Shown one piece after another: positions 62,564 to 64,000 of a DNA stretch of 64,000 nt. The number at the start of each line of letters is the position of its first letter. The stretch's first letter is position 1. The notes beneath the pieces were generated by a model that worked only from the letters and a program-made list of their open reading frames with translations, had not been told where the DNA came from and searched no databases. The stretch spans positions 124,001-188,000 of the IMG/VR virus record IMGVR_UViG_3300024999_000030; one strand, written 5' to 3'. A program made the translations under genes and the position numbers.

Positions 62564-63660
62564 TATGGACAGAGAAACGGTTACAGAAATTGGACTTTGG
62601 ACTGTTCGCATCCTTCTTGTTATTGGAGGAATCGTGGGCGGGATCTTAGGTAGTCCAACAGTTATAGGTTTTTGTGTGGTTGGCCTAATGCTCACCATTT
62701 TCTTCTTGTAGGCAACTATGAAACAAGTCATAGACACCACTAAAGTTTACGGTGCAATTGCCTTACTCTTGTTCTTTTCATTATGGTTATGGGAGCAATG
62801 TTAGCTTCTGTAGCCTGTAGTAATTCTTCCACTCCCCCGGTTATTATCCCAGACACCTGGACGGTGTTCTATATTGGTGACGATGTACTTTGTAGAGGAA
62901 CCCGCATCATTACCTATGAGGGCTGTGAGTATTTGATTACTGGGTTTCATGGTGGGTTTACTCTTTGCCATAAAGGAAACTGTAAAAAACCCCATTCACA
63001 TCTATGCTCCCGTTAAGAGGGAATCGGTAGGGCCATAATGCCAGCCTATTGCATTTGTATAGATAATGGCGTCAGTTGCAAACACCATGAGGGCTCTGGA
63101 TGTAAATTTCTTTCGGGAGATTGTGTTCCGATTGAAATGCAAGTCCCCAGTCAATCGTCTCGTGTTCTTTTGGTTGTTCCCATAGAAAACTGTCATGCAC
63201 CACAATTAGAACAACATGTGGTATTCTTTCATGGGAATGACTGGCATAAATCCATTTCCTAAAATCAGGGAGGATAACCACAATGCCCCTATGTAAAAAA
63301 TGCAGGGAATCTAAGGAACATTGCTTTCACACGACAGCCGACGAATGTACAAGGGTGATGAGACTCGCATACGGATATGGTAAGTGCGATAACCCTCAAG
63401 AACATCATGACTTCATTCCAGAGGAAACTTTGGAAGAAGAAGTTGTTAGACTGAAAAAAGAAGCGTGGGAGATAACAAAACAAAACACCGTTATTCATAA
63501 TCGTTTAACCGCGCTGGGGAAAACAGAAAGCACCTGAGAAAAGCTCTTTCGTTTTATGCTGAGGAGTCCAATTGGTTGGAACAGGAAACGGGTATCGGAA
63601 TGATACCCAGTGATGCTGTTTCTGACTCTGGTAAACATGCTCGTATTGCGCTGAGGGAGA
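62564..63660 (+). other. Short hypothetical ORFs (membrane peptides and Cys-rich peptides)
   Basis: ORF track. Confidence 0.5.
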
Positions 63661-63664
63661 AGCC

Positions 63665-63844
63665 ATGACCAAGTGGGAACACAAAGAAGTGACCTTTACG
63701 ACGGGTAACTTAGCAAACACACTGTCTAATTGGGGACGGCAGGGATGGGAATTGGTATCTGTTGTGAGATCAACAACCGCAGATCCCAATAATCGAGCCT
63801 ATCTCAAGAGGCCAGTCCAAGAAACCGATGAGACTAATTCTTAG
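63665..63844 (+). CDS. DUF4177-like small protein, not in the ORF track
   Basis: MTKWEHK...LSNWGRQGWELVSV...YLKRP. Confidence 0.7.
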   Translation: MTKWEHKEVTFTTGNLANTLSNWGRQGWELVSVVRSTTADPNNRAYLKRPVQETDETNS

Positions 63845-64000
63845 TCTTCCCTTCGTCGTGTATCTCTACCGTCAGTATCTCTTTGCCAAAGCTTATTTAC
63901 TTTGGGAGATACTGAATGTCCAGGATCGTTGGTTGCTTGTGTGTCCCTTTGAACAGACAATCAACGATGAGTTCTGTGATATCATGGAGAGACTCGACTT

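Overview
The window looks like part of a large (jumbo-type) dsDNA bacteriophage genome. It is gene-dense, has many tiny ORFs and no ribosomal or other core cellular operons. It falls into three zones. (1) 1-26.8 kb, + strand: a metabolism and chaperone block with class II RNR (C-terminal part), dUTPase, M16 peptidase, dNMP kinase, GroEL (no GroES seen), an AAA+ ATPase, a DEDDh exonuclease, GyrB with a 339-aa intein, an IMPDH/GMPR-family enzyme, a ferritin-like protein, DUF5661, LysM, DnaJ, ThyX and a stand-alone EF-Ts N-terminal domain. (2) 26.9-44.4 kb, mostly - strand and AT-rich: Hsp20, an HhH glycosylase, dCMP deaminase and about 20-25 related Trp-rich microproteins in tandem. Zones 1 and 2 share a TTGAnn-N17-TATATT promoter (17 copies found by eye). 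(3) 44.4-64 kb, + strand and GC-richer: an iteron-like repeat cluster, about 25 exact copies of CCAGTATC/GATACTGG (often as inverted pairs), two paralogous basic proteins, three tRNAs with an adjacent HNH, and an ~870-nt ORF-free, extensively base-paired element with four copies of a GC-AGGYGRGTG-GC stem-loop. That element is followed directly by a tandem array of Cys4 paralogs, two of them decaying. The best candidate for an undescribed system is this large RNA, its upstream motif pair and the Cys4 array. All calls come from motif reading by eye; no searches or folding programs were run.
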